In this document: positions 50,895-63,355 of the stretch, in pieces
Position numbering within the stretch: the stretch's first letter is position 1
How the letters are laid out: the number at the start of each line of letters is the position of its first letter
Assembly (NCBI GenBank): GCA_030390025.1
Contig: CM059427.1
Location: forward strand, 47,120,001-47,184,000
Direction: 5' to 3'
DNA length: 64,000 nt
Origin: Squalus acanthias
Taxonomy: Eukaryota
Made by a program: the position numbers and the translations under genes
Notes under the pieces: generated by a model
The model's database searches: none
Told to the model about the DNA's origin: nothing
What the model saw: the letters and a program-made list of their open reading frames with translations, nothing else

Positions 50895-52830
50895 TTTAAT
50901 TTATTCATTCATGGGATGTGGGTGTCGTTGGCAAAGTCAGCATTTATTGCACATCTCTAATTGCCTTGGAGATGATGGTGGTGAGCCATCTTAAACCGCT
51001 GCAGTCGGTGGGACAAAGGTATTCCCACAGTGCTGTTATGTAGGGAGTTCCAGGATTTTGACCCAGCGACGATGAAGGAATGGCGATATACTTCCAAATC
51101 AGGATGGTGTGTGACATGGAGGGGAACTTGGTGGTGTTTCCATGCACCTGCTGCTCTTGTCCTTCTAGGTGGAAGAGGTTGCAGGTTTGGGAGGCGCTGT
51201 CCAAGAAGCCTTGGTGAGTTGCTGCAGTGCATCTTGTAGATGGTACACACTGCAGCTACGGTGCACTGGTGGCAGAGGGCGTGAATGTTTAGGGTGGTGG
51301 ATGGGGTGCCAATCAAGCGGGCTGCTTTGTCCTTGATTGTGTTGAGCTTCTTGAGTGTTGTTGGAGCTGCACTCGTCCAGGCAAGTGGAGAGTATTCCAT
51401 CACACTCCTGACTTGTGCCTTGTAGATGATGGAAAGGCTTTGGGGAGTCAGGAGGTGAGTCACTCATCACAGAATAGCCAGCCTCTGACCTGCTTTTGTA
51501 GCCACAGCATTTATGTGGCTGGTCCAGCTAAATTTCTGGTCAATGGTGACTCCCAGGATGTTGATGGTGGGGAACATGACAATGGTAGTGTCATTGGATG
51601 TCAAGGGGAGGTGGTTAGATTTTCTCTTGTTGGAGATGGTCATTGCCTGGCACTTGTGTGGCATGAATGTTACTTGCTACTTATCAGCCCAAACCTGGAT
51701 GTTGTGCTGGTCTTGCTACATGCAGGCATGGACTGCTTCATTATCTGAGGAGTTGCAAATGGAACTGAACACTGTGCAATCATCAGCGGACATCCTCACT
51801 TCTGACCTTATGATGGAGGGAAGGTCATTGATGAAACAACTGAAGATGACTAGGCCTAGATTAATTTTACTAGGGCTCCTCGGTGCCACACATGGTCAAA
51901 TATTGCCTTGATGTCAAGGGCATTCATTCTCGCCTCACTTCTGGAATTCAGCTCTTTCGTCCATGTTTGGACCAAGGCTGTAATGAGGTCTGGAGCCAAG
52001 TGGTCCTGCTGGAACCAAAACTGAGCATCGGTGAGCAGGTTATTGGTGAGTAAATGCCACTTGATAGCACTGTCGACGACACCTTCCATCACTTTGCTGA
52101 TGATTGAGAGTAGACTGATGGGGCGGTAATTGGCCGGATTGGATTTGTCCTGCTTTTTGTGAACAGGACACACCTGGGCAATTTTCCACTTTGTCAGGTA
52201 GATGCCAGTGTTGTAGCTGTGCTGGAACAGCTTGGCTATTTCTGGAGCACAAGTCTTCAGCACTTCAGCTGGGATGTTGTCAGGGCCCATAGCCTTTGCT
52301 TATCCAGTGCGCTCAGCCATTTCTTGAAATCACATGGAGTGAATCGAGTTGGCTGATGACTGGCATCTGTGATGGTGGGGACCTCTGAAGGAGGCTGAGA
52401 TGAGTCATACACTCAGCACTTCTGGCTGAAGAAGGTTACGAACGCTTCAATTTGGCCTTTGCACTCACGTGCTGCACTCCGACATCATTGAAGATGGGGA
52501 TGTTAGTTGTTTAATTGTCCACTATCATTCATGACTGGATGTGGCAGGACTGCAGAGCTTTGATCTGCCCGTTAGTTTGGGTTCACTTTCCTCTGTCTAT
52601 AGAATACTGCTGCTGCTGTTTAGCATGCAGGGAGTCCTGTGATGTAGGTTCACCAGTTTGGCACCTCATTTTCAGGTACGCCTGGTGCTGTTCCTATCAT
52701 GCTCTTCTACACTCCTCATTGAACCAGGATTGGTCACCAGGCTTGATGGTATTAGCCATGCGGTTACAGATTGTGGTGGAATACAATTTGGCTGCTGCTG
52801 ATAGCCCACAGCGCCTCATAGATGCCCAAT
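50895..52830 (-). mobile_element. CR1-group LINE family B (RT domain and 3' end; exact clade not resolved)
   Basis: GPDNIP, WKIAQVCPVHKK, NYRPISLLS, ALDIKAIFDHVWH, MSADDCTV, KCQAMTISNK, VRSVMEYSPLAW, SWNSL. Confidence 0.92.
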
Positions 52831-53534
52831 TTCTTCACAGTCTCTCTTTGTTAATTATTTTAAAGAGGTTCCTTATTAATGAAGGCATCTATTCCACAAT
52901 AATTTGAATTTTGTGCACTGTGAGATAATTTGCTATCGCTGGTCTCTGATAAGAGACCCAAATAAATTCACATCACCACACTAGACAATATTCAGAACAA
53001 CTCATCCCAGTGGACTCCAAAGAAAGATCTTAAGAAAGGTTGTGGCTCTAAGAAGAGATGTAGTGAGTACTTTTTAAGTACCTCCCCTTGATCTACATAA
53101 TCATTAATGCAAAGCCTGAATTCTCGCATTCTTAATTACCTTAAGGTTCATCACACATGCTATTCAGTACCTCAGAGTAAAACGTGAGGTTGACTCAGGG
53201 CTAGGCAGATTTTCGTATGTATCTTAGTTTTCTATATCGGGGAGGCCTCCAGTTGTCTGCTAGCCAGACAGTTGATAGGCATCCAAGAACTGTGATTCAT
53301 TAGGACATGTTCATTAGATTAAAGGGGAAGCATATTCATCTGAATTTCAACACAATCCTAAATGTTACAAATATGACTAATCCGTACAATCACAAGTATT
53401 TCGCAGTTCTCCCTCTTATCACATGTTTTATACCTTGCTAATGAGAGGATGGATCTTGAGTGCTGCCTGGAGTCTTCCATCACAATTTATATTTACTGTG
53501 AACTTTCACAATGTCAATGCCTCCTAAATCCATG

Positions 53535-53940
53535 CTCATCTTTCCCTTAACTCCATGTTTGAACCTCTCCAATCAGGTTTCCGCTCCTGCCACAGCTCTG
53601 AAATGGCTCTTATCAAACTCACAAATGACATCCTATATGACTGTGACCATGGTGCACTATCCCTCCTCATCCTTCACAACCAGTCTGCAGCCTTTGGCAC
53701 GGTTGACCACACCATCCTCTTCCAATGCCTCTCCTCCGTTGTCCAGCTGAGTGGGACTGTCTTTGCCTGGTTCCATTATTATTGATTCAGTTGGAGTCGG
53801 AGAAGCTTCTGAAATGGCTTCCATTTCCACTCCTGAACCGTTACCTCTGGAGTCCCCCAAGGGCAAAGAGGTCTGTTGCTATCCTGACTAACATGTTCTG
53901 AGATGGCATAAGGTGCTATGTGAATGCAAGTTCTTTCTCA
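53535..53940 (+). mobile_element. L2 RT fragment and tail
   Basis: FEPLQSGFRSCHSSEMAL, SAAFGTVDH, SGVPQG; tail gtgctatgtgaatgcaagtt. Confidence 0.85.
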
Positions 53941-55248
53941 TTTGTCTCACTGTCTTCAGTAACAACCAAAAGGAAATGTTTGTCATATACTTGCACTAAA
54001 CTAACAAGAAGCTTTTGACTAACGGTTTGCATCTTTTGTTAGTGACAAGTTTAAACAGATACAGATAATCCTCCTTAAAGCAGTGCAAGAACAAAACAAA
54101 GAGCCAAACACTGCAAGAAGTAAGCAGAAATCAGTAGTTCATTAATTGGCTGAGTATGAATATGGTTTGCAAATTTGTATTCAAGATGCAGCTAAACTTG
54201 AAAACTCTAATTAATTGGCCCTGTGAGGTTTGTTTAATGTCTGTCTCATATCCTATCAGCCATGTTTCAGCTGTTCACCACAGCTCACCCTAACCAGGAT
54301 TTTACGTGTACATCTTTGACCATTCTTCTGCAAACAACCAAGATATCCATTTTCAAAGCTATTGTGAAATGTAGCTTTTCAGTGTCACAAAGTAAAACGA
54401 GCAGTTATATCATGCCGAAAGAAATGTTAGAAAATATTGCTTTTTTAAAAATTAACATTTGAGAATTCTATTACAGCAAATAAACATCAGTTTATATAAA
54501 AGTTACATGCATTATAATATACCAATGTATACAAATCTGGGCTACATGCTGTGCAATGAAATGATTGACACCACAAATACCAATTTTTATGAAATAGTCT
54601 GCAGAGTTTAGAAAAGATTCCGATTTTGAATAATAAAAATAAAATTAAAGGGCATTTAATAAAAGGGAATGAGCTTGTCAAGGATCAAATATTCTCATCT
54701 AACTGCTGCAAGACGCAAGAACTTACAATATTTTACTAATGCCTCTTTGAGGTGGTATCCAATTTTTTGAGGCATGGTGGAAAACCTTTAAGCCACAGGT
54801 CAAAGCTTATGCCAATTTTTTTTCTAACTATGTAAATATTACAAGTTGCAAATCAGTGATAAGCCAAAGCTTCAATGACTGTATTCCATCCTACAAATTA
54901 AAATAATCTTTCTGAAATGGAATGAACTGAGAAGAATGTATTTTAATTCTGATCCATTTAACTTTTTGGAAGGTCAATTTTGATCACTTTAACTGGTTGG
55001 CAATACTTACTGAAAGTAACTTTTATGGATGTGATTCTAGGTGTACTATTGTGGAGTGGATGTACGTAGGCCCCAATTTGAGCTAACTGACAATAAAAAT
55101 GACCAGAATAACTAAAGCATGTTTGATTTTCACCTTTAATTACTACGATTCTGACTTTTTAGCGCGACGTTATTTTAATATCGGGGATGAAAAGAAGGCT
55201 CATGGCTGTCCATATTACATTAATCTAGAATTGAATACATAGATTAAT

Positions 55249-55311
55249 TGAGAAGTCGCACAACACCAGGTTATAGTCCAACAGTTTTATTTGAAATCAC
55301 AAGCTTTCGGA
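55249..55311 (-). mobile_element. Penelope family A terminal fragment
   Basis: Identical to 18941-19003; flanked by aattg at 55246-50 and 55311-15. Confidence 0.85.
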
Positions 55312-55958
55312 ATTGGACATGCAAAATTGTTCACAACAGCCAGTAGTTTCAAACTAGAATGAAAATAAATCAGGAAGAACTATTTCATGATTTCCCCAAG
55401 TGGTGGCTAAACTGTACTAAAAAAAAAAATTTGAAATGAAATGATGGCACAGACAGAACAACCCTTCTCAATCACGTGTGACCATGTGGTGCCAGGCTCA
55501 CTGATGGTAGCTTATGATAGTACAGCTTTCAGGAAGAGAAACATTTACGTATTTTTGTAAAACCCGACAATGTGACCGGATATTGTTCTCCTGCTGCCTT
55601 GATGTCCTCTTGCAACAATTGCTTAAATTAAATTTAACATCCTTCAGCCTCAGCAAGTGAAAATGGTTTTTGTAAGTGTAAGAAATTCAGAAGATTTTTC
55701 AAAAGACAAATTTCCACAGAGAAATTAGAGAGGAACTGGAAACAGCTGGAGTTCTTGATAAGGGTGCAACAGCTGGGGATCTTGTTAGATATAATGCCGC
55801 TGGATACACTTACAGGTACCATGCAACAGCAGTTGGAAATACTTTAGAAAACATGGACCTGGGTAATTGTAACCATTGGTTACCAGAGCATAACGACTGG
55901 GTTGGCTCCACCTTCAACGACATTTACTCTACCAGTACTCTGGTTACATAAATACAAT

Positions 55959-56982
55959 GGCCCATATTTTCCGATCGGAGGCTTCCTGCATGCGGAGGCC
56001 TCCGATCTGAAAAAAACCTACGCCCTTACCTGAGGGCTCCGGAGGGCTGGACATTTCCGCTCCTGGGCCTCTGCTCTACGAAATGCGCAAGGCCCAGATA
56101 TCCCAGGGGCACCTGCAGTTCGCAAGCGTCCCTGGGATCACGTGGGCCATGGGGAACCAATGGAAGAAGAGAATCCCCCCTTCATACTTTTGACAGGTCT
56201 CTCAGCTTAGACATGTCAAATGTATGAATGGGGATCACTCCAAAAACACATTAAAACATTAAGGCCTGTAATTTCCGATAGGAGGCATCCTGCGTGCGGA
56301 TGCCTCCTATCGGGGAAAAAATCTACGCCCTTACCTGAGGACTCTCGAGGTCTGGACTCTTCCGCTCCTGGGCCTCTCCTGGTGCGTGCGCGCAGAGACC
56401 CAAGTATCCCAGGGGCGCAGGCAGTTCGCAAGCATCCCTGGGATCACGTGGGCCAGGCGAGCCAATGGGAGAAGGGAATCCCCCTTCATACTTTTGACAG
56501 GTAGACCTGTCAAAAGTATGAATGGGGATCACTGAAAAAAGACACTAAAACATTAAATCTTTTTTTTTTAATTAGGTTTTTAAAATGAGTTAAAATTACA
56601 TTAAATTAAATATTTTAAACAAAAATATAATTTTTTGAAAAATTATTAAAGATTTTTACGGGGCTAAAAATAAACTTTTTTAAAAGTATTTTTACATTAT
56701 AAATGAGTGAAAAAAAATTATTATTTTACTTTTTTAAACTCTTATGCTGGTACAAGCAGGCCTTACGCCTGCTTTTACCAGGTGTAAGATTTTTAAGGGA
56801 TTTCAGCGGGCGGAGGTTCTGCAGAAAGCGGAACTCTCCCCCCGCAGAGGCCCTTCTCCCGGGCTGGCGATTCTTGACAGATCGGAAGTGCCGGTTTTCA
56901 GTGCCGGTTTTCGGCACTTGCGAGGTCCCTACAGGTGTGTACACACCTCGTACACACCCGTAGGGATCGGATAATACGGGCC
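55959..56982. mobile_element. Non-autonomous Harbinger-type element with a duplicated left end
   Basis: 18-bp TIR ggcccatattttccgatc / (rc) ggcccgtattatccgatc; second left end ggcctgtaatttccgata at 56263. Confidence 0.85.
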
Positions 56983-56993
56983 ATTATCTTATT

Positions 56994-59233
56994 TGCCCGG
57001 AATTTGCGGTTGTACTGACGGCAAAACTGTCAGCATTCGCCGTCATTATAACCTTCTGGAGTACACAGCTGCGCAGTTAAACACGGAAATCCAGAAGCTG
57101 CTGTCAGTCATTCCCTGCTCCTCCACAGGGGGCGCTGTTGAATTCCCCACAGCCGGCAATCAATTGAAATCACTGAACTGATAAGAACTTAAGCTTTTAC
57201 GCTGGAATATTACTCTTTAAAACCCCCCAAAATGTTAAGCCTTGTTGAATAAGGTGTAACTGGGTTTTTAATGGCATATGGAGTCATAATTACTGTTGAA
57301 CAACCGTTCTGCCCCTGAAAAACTAGTTTTATATTTGTGGATTGTCAAATTTTTCCAAATACTGTATGATGAAAATTCTGTTTTATTAAAAAAAAAATTT
57401 AAGTTTGTTTATGATATTTCAGCTTCTATCTTAATCCCATGTATGTGCCCCAATCTTTATTTTTATCTCTGTAAAATGATTAAAAAGTGAAGGAAAATCA
57501 GTGCATTTTACTTCCTGGTTTGATGCCTGTGAGAATTCTTCAATGTGATTGGTTGCTTAACCAGCTTGATGACCTCACTGTTACTGGAAGCTGGAGATCC
57601 TCTATACAGTACTTGGCGTCAGATTCAAATTAATGGCGGGAGAGGTGAAATAGATGCCACTGTAAGATTCTCAAAATTCACAGATCCCCCTAACTCTAAG
57701 AAAAACCCTAAGGAAAAAGACTTTGGACTCTTTTCTAGCTATTACAGGGTGGTGAAGTGCATTGGGCCTAACCGAAGGACTTTTTGAGCAAAAACCAAGA
57801 TTTGGTATTTTTAAAACATGTCTGGGCTTGTAAGGGAGAAAAAGGCTGTGAAGGAAGGTGGGTTCAACCTCTGTAAAAACAGTTTGGGTATTGGAGCTAA
57901 TGGGAACTGTCTGGGGAACCGCATGATCTCGCTGGGAGTGTAAATCGGCCCCTATCAGACATTAGCATCCTAACAATAAACCTGAGGAAAACCAGTCTCC
58001 ACCCAAGTTACAGAGCCCATTAAGACATGCATAAAACAGATTACTTCGGCCTACTCTATAGAAATCATAGGCCCAGCCAAGAAAACCCAAAACATAAGAA
58101 CAATCAAACTCCGATTAAGTGGCAAATCGACAGGATGGGGGCCATCACGGAACCACTTCACACCTTAACAAACCAGTTACCGTTAATGAGCCCACCAAAA
58201 CTAACAAAGACCGAGACCTGATTTGGCGCGCAGATAAGGAACCTTCAATGGGTATAATTGAAGGCCCGTTCTCAACCTGAAAAAGAAGAGGAAGGAAGAA
58301 CAAGAAGGCATCAACGGAGGCATTCTCGCAACACAGTTCTAAAACCAACACCGTTCAGCGTTCCGTGTCCAGCCAGGAGGTCGACAGCTCGAAGGCCAGA
58401 CCATCCAACAAAGTAGGCTGACACGAGAAGAAACCAGAACGACCGCCTCAGTGACCACCGGACACCTCACGGCAACAAGGCCCTCACGAAATAACCAACC
58501 AAACACCAAGTATCAATATTTGGGCCACCGCGACCAAAGAAAACCAACCCGAAGGAAAACTGAAGAACCGCAAAGTTTCCACTCTACAATCTACTCTTGA
58601 CCTACCCCTGGGTAAGATTTTCCCTTAAAAAACTCTAAACCCTACTTCTAAACCAAAGAAAAGTGGGTACTCACCTGATAGATCCAATACGCACCCTACC
58701 GCATCAGCGGACTTGCGAAGACTGACCAGATACGCAGTTGAAGTCCTCTACCGCGTACGGGGTACAGCAGACACCAACCGACATATAGAGTGAACCCCAA
58801 AACCGCGAACTAACCTAACTGTCAAGGATTCTGGTGAGTATCATCCCTGGTCCTCTGGAGTCCAACCTAGCTAGTAAAGTGGGATTGGGAGGGGTGTAGT
58901 ATTCTTTTAATGTTATTTCCCTCGCTTGTACCGAAGTGTTCCCCACTTTTAGAGTGTTAAGAGTGTTTGTGTTGTGTTTTACTTTCTTAAATAAAGATCA
59001 AAGTTCTTGCATCAAAACCAGTTGTCTGCTGCACTTCTTATCACAACCCCCAAATAAGTCCAAGGTCTAGAACCAAGGGAGTGGGAGCGATTCGAACCGC
59101 TCAGAAGTCAGAGGTGAAGCTGACACAAACCACCACCCCCTACACCACAGAGATTGCTAGTTCTTTGTGGGCAACTTTCTTCAGAGTCAGCGGTAAGCGC
59201 CATCACTTTGCCGCTGACCGCAAATACCAGACC
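56994..59233. mobile_element. Non-autonomous Harbinger-type element (~750 bp) interrupted by a solo LTR
   Basis: TIRs tgcccggaatttgcggt / (rc) ggtctggtatttgcggt; flanks att/ttt. Confidence 0.75.
57661..59144 (+). mobile_element. Solo LTR (1484 bp; ERV or Gypsy type)
   Basis: TGTAAG...CCTACA termini, 4-bp TSD ccac (57657-60, 59145-48), TATAA at 58253, AATAAA at 58990; no PBS or internal genes. Confidence 0.85.
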
Positions 59234-59384
59234 TTTATCCTCACTTTTACACCACAGATGATTTGTGTGGATGACTGACTAACTAAATGGAGTTTCTAAA
59301 AATATATTTTACATCTTTGACTCCAATATTTTTATAAAATCGGTAATCTAAAGTTATTCACGATTATATCAAAATTTATCTTAT

Positions 59385-60395
59385 GAATTTCCAATGGCAA
59401 CACCATCATCAAATCACCCACTATTCCAGTGGTCTCCATTGACCAGAAGCTTAACTGGACCAACCATATCAACATTATGACTACAAGAGCTGGATACTTT
59501 GATGAGTGGCTCACCTCCTGCCCCATCAATGCCACTCCACCAGCTAGATGGTTCAAGTCAGAGGTATAATGGGATACTCACTACTCGCCTGGTTGGGTGC
59601 AACTGTATCAATTCTCACAAAACCGGACAGCATTCAGGACAGAGCGGTTCACTTGATTAGCAACCCTGCCACTCAACTCAAAAAGCCATCCCTTCCACTG
59701 TTTCACTATGGCTGCAGTATGTACTATCTGCAGGATGCACTGCCGCAACTCACCAAGTTTACTTCAAGAGCACCTCCCAGATCCATTACCACTACCATGA
59801 AGAAAGACAAGAGCAGCAGCGTCATGGAATATCATCACCTCCAGCCTCCCCTTCATATCACACACCATCCTGGGGCAACATGGTGGCATAGTGGTTAGCA
59901 CTGTTGCCTCACAGCGCCAGTGGACCTGGGTTCGAATCCGGCCTGGGGTGACTGTGTGGAGTTTGCACATTCTCCCCATGTCTGCGTGGGTTTCCTCCGG
60001 GTGCTCCGGTTTCCTCCCACAGTCCAAAGATGTGCGGGTTAGGTTGATTTGGCTACGATAAATTGACCCTTAGTGTTAGGGGGATTAAATACATGGGGTT
60101 ACGGGGATAGGGTGGGATATGTGTCGGTGCAGGCTCGATGGGCCGAAATGGCCTCTATCTGCACTGTGGGGTTCTGAGTTCTTCTGAGTCTAGAACATAT
60201 ACCATCATTCCTTCATTGTTGCTGTGTCAGAATCCTGGAATTCCATAGCTACTATCATCATGGAAATGTCATTATTATAAGGACTGCAATGGTTCAAAGA
60301 GAAGGCCCACCACCACCTTCTCAGGGCAACTAGGAATGGGCAATAATTGCAGCCTTGCCAGTGTCGTCTACATCCCAAGAACAAAATTTAAAAAA
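59385..60395 (+). mobile_element. CR1-group LINE family B 3' part interrupted by a V-SINE
   Basis: IDQKLNWTNHIN, QVRGIMGYSLLAW, IQDRAVHLI; tail gggcaataattgcagccttgccagt. Confidence 0.85.
59872..60187 (+). mobile_element. V-SINE (HE1-type): tRNA-derived head and CR1/HER1-type tail
   Basis: A-box tggcatagtgg, B-box gttcgaatcc, V-domain gtgtggagtttgcacattctccccatgtctgcgtgggtttcctccgggtgctccggtttcctcccacagtccaaag, tail ggctcgatgggccgaaatggcct. Confidence 0.93.
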
Positions 60396-61089
60396 TCTTT
60401 ATACATTTGTTACAAATGTAATTTAAACTAAATTTAAAAACTGTAAACAAATATAAATGAAGTAAAGTATAGGAATCCTATTTTTTAAAATTTAGAAGGG
60501 TTAAGTTTCATGTTTTGAGATTACTTTCTGGCAGCAGAGTGGCCAGATGAGGCCAAAATATATATTTAACATTGGTGAGAATTCCTTGTAGTCTAGGAGC
60601 GAGCAGGAGTGTTCCTCCAGGCCGAGCAAGGAATTCTTGGGCATCTCCAGCCCCAGGCTACCTCTCCCTCCCACCACTAGCAGCTCTTTGGAGACCCGCC
60701 TTCCAGCACTGACGTTAGGCTCGGGATTGTTCCCTTGGATCCCCGGCGGTGTCGGCCTCCTGACCAATTTCCAGTTCCTGCTGACTGGCTTATGATGGAA
60801 GACAGTGGAGACACAGATAATTAAGGCCCGGGAGTTAAAATGGCCTGGAGCCAGACGCCGAGGAATCAGTGGGGAACTCCTGCCCATCCCACACCCTACC
60901 CACCCTAGGATAAAATCACTAGTGAAAAGTGACAAGTAGCATGAGTGAAAACCAGGCTCAGTTCCATTGGTGTTTTACTTTTTGAGTTGGAGTTTAGAAT
61001 TCTTGAAAAACATTTTCATCTGCTACTCTATAAGTCTGGGTAACAGTTCGTTAGGTTACCCCAGAGATCTAGGATTTGATCTAACCCAG

Positions 61090-61336
61090 AATGGAATGGG
61101 AACACCACCACCTCCTAGTTCCCTTCCAAGTCACATATCATCCTGACTTGGAAATATATCGCCGTTCCTTCATCGTTGCTGGGTCAAAATCCTGGAACTC
61201 CCTCCCTAACAGCAACATGGACTGCAGTGGTTCAAGAAGGCAGCTCACCACCACCTTCTTGAGAGCAATTAGGGATGGGCAATAAATGCTGGCCTTGCGA
61301 GCGACGCCCACATCCCGTGAATGAATAAACAAAAAA
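61090..61336 (+). mobile_element. CR1-group LINE family B 3' end
   Basis: WEHHHL..HPDLEIYRRSFIVAGSKSWNSLP; tail gggcaataaatgctggcc..catcccgtgaatgaataaa. Confidence 0.9.
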
Positions 61337-61629
61337 TGGAAGGCTGAAAGTCTACTAAATTAAAGTAGCCTCAACCCTATTCCTAGAAAGCACAAGTCCA
61401 CAGGAAAAATAAATCCCTAAAATTTGGCATTCAATGGCAAAATTGACTAAATTGGCAGTCTCACTTAGAGTACATAGATGGCTGATGTGTGAAATTGAAA
61501 TCACATGAAGGCACAGTATGTATTGCTCTTTATAGAATGAATTAAACACTGCAAAGGAAGATTTTTTTTTTGTATAACCTGTACAATACCTAATCTGAGA
61601 ATGCTTAATACTAGTGCAAAAATTAAAAT

Positions 61630-62226
61630 ATTGCCCAGCTATTTAAAGGCGACCGCTTCCTGCCTTTTATTGTTGGTGACATTTTTGAACCACGCAGTCT
61701 GAGAGAGAGAGAGAGAGAGAGACTTCTGGAGAGATTCAACGCTGTGTGAAGGATTTTGGGTACTGAGCAGCACTTTGCAGGTTCATTTTGATTAGCCCTT
61801 CCTTGTATCGATTTAGAAGAGTATGTGGGGGCTGCACTCTGAGCTCTTTCCCTGGTACTCTCCATTGTTCTTCCCAGCAGATTTGATGTGCAGGTCTCTC
61901 CAGGCCGAGATTCAAGGCTGCAATGAGCAGGATGTGGATGGAAAGCAAGATCAACCATCCCCTTTAAGAACTGGCCCATGCCATTGTGTGTGTGTTCCAT
62001 TGCTGACTGACATCACATGAGCTTCGCCAGCGCTCTGAGATAGCGCCTCGCTCCTCGGCCTTTGCGCCTTAAGACAGGTGTGAAGCGCCTGATTTAGCGC
62101 TCCAATCACCTCCAGGGGCGATAAAAGTCAAGTTTGCAGTCGGTGGCGATAATTAGCGCCAGGCGCTAATCTTTGCGCCCAGCCGATAATTGCGCCCCAA
62201 ATGGGGCGAAACTGAATTTCTCCCCC
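61630..62226 (-). mobile_element. Deletion derivative of the 36033-40357 Harbinger family
   Basis: rc matches 36033-36420 joined directly to sequence matching 39681-39890; left TIR gggggagaaattc ends at 62226. Confidence 0.92.
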
Positions 62227-63355
62227 AAGGAATCTAAACCCATGGCGCTGTATTGTTTTGGAATATCAATGCATTATGGATATGGATTCCCACTTCAGAT
62301 CACACACACCTGAGTCAGTTCCTGATCTTTGACACATTGCTGCTGCCCAGAAGTGCCAAGTGAGTTTAATACAAGGAGGAAGTGCTATTTCTGAGCTGCC
62401 ATATCCTGGTGACTAGTTTTAGAACGATATTGGTGGGAGCTTGTGAGTAGGCCATCAAGATCACCCTTCTTGGCCACGGAATTGTGTGTGTGTGCACGTG
62501 TGTTACAGGAGGGACAACTACTGAAAGGAAAGAGGGCTGCCTAATAGGCGAGGGCAAATGGTGGAATGTTTTTAGGATATGTTTAAGCTCTAAGAACTGT
62601 TTAAACTGTTCATTGTAGAGATTAAAAATTTTCTAGAAAGACTAACTTATTTTCTCCTCCTTAAAAAGTAAAGATTCAGTCATTGCCTTTTCCCATTCTT
62701 CTCAGTATAGCAGGCAACCCTCAACACTCAGAGCAAGGTTATTCCACAGAACATTAAATCAGAATGATAGATTTGGAGAACGTCTGTTTATTAATATTTC
62801 AAATGCCCATGATGCAGTACACAGAGGTTCATATCTGCAAAGTCTTAAAGCTCTAATGAACATATTTTTCTTTAAAAAAGGGCGCAACAACAGTTTACAG
62901 CTGGGGGCGAAGCAACTATAATGAGAATAGATGTTGCACTAATTTGGTGAGCAGCACAGCAATACTTGGAGAAACTGTACTAGGATGCTAAAGGAAAAGC
63001 TGGAGAATTCCCAAGGCTTACCGCATACTCCATCAGCTCTACTTCAGCAGGTGATGAATAATTCTGCATTGAAACTTCTGCATACAAGGGACAGAGTTCC
63101 AGGAGACAACACTCCGGCAGAGAGTTCCAAAGAAAGGAAAAGCTCCTGGTGAAATTCAAATGTACGAGTGTAAGGCACTGCACGTTGAAAGAAAAAATTG
63201 GGCGACATGAGTATTCTAGGAATGGTATAATTCTAGCTATGGGGTTATCTGAAAGAGATCTAGCGGAATTAGAAGGTTTAGACAGTCACGGTGAAGCAGA
63301 AGTGAACATATTCAGTCACTGTGGAGCAGCAACCAAAGAAAATACAATGCTGCTC

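Noticed and set aside
57121-57138. CTCF-like motif ccacagggggcgc (others near 18146 and 49907)
   Set aside because: Short imperfect matches are expected by chance; cannot be supported without ChIP data
59872-59950. tRNA gene
   Set aside because: A and B boxes belong to the V-SINE head and continue into the V-domain
60500-60920. Possible further non-autonomous DNA transposons (also ~5740-6140 and ~49940-50086)
   Set aside because: Composition is suggestive, but TIR pairs and TSDs could not be established
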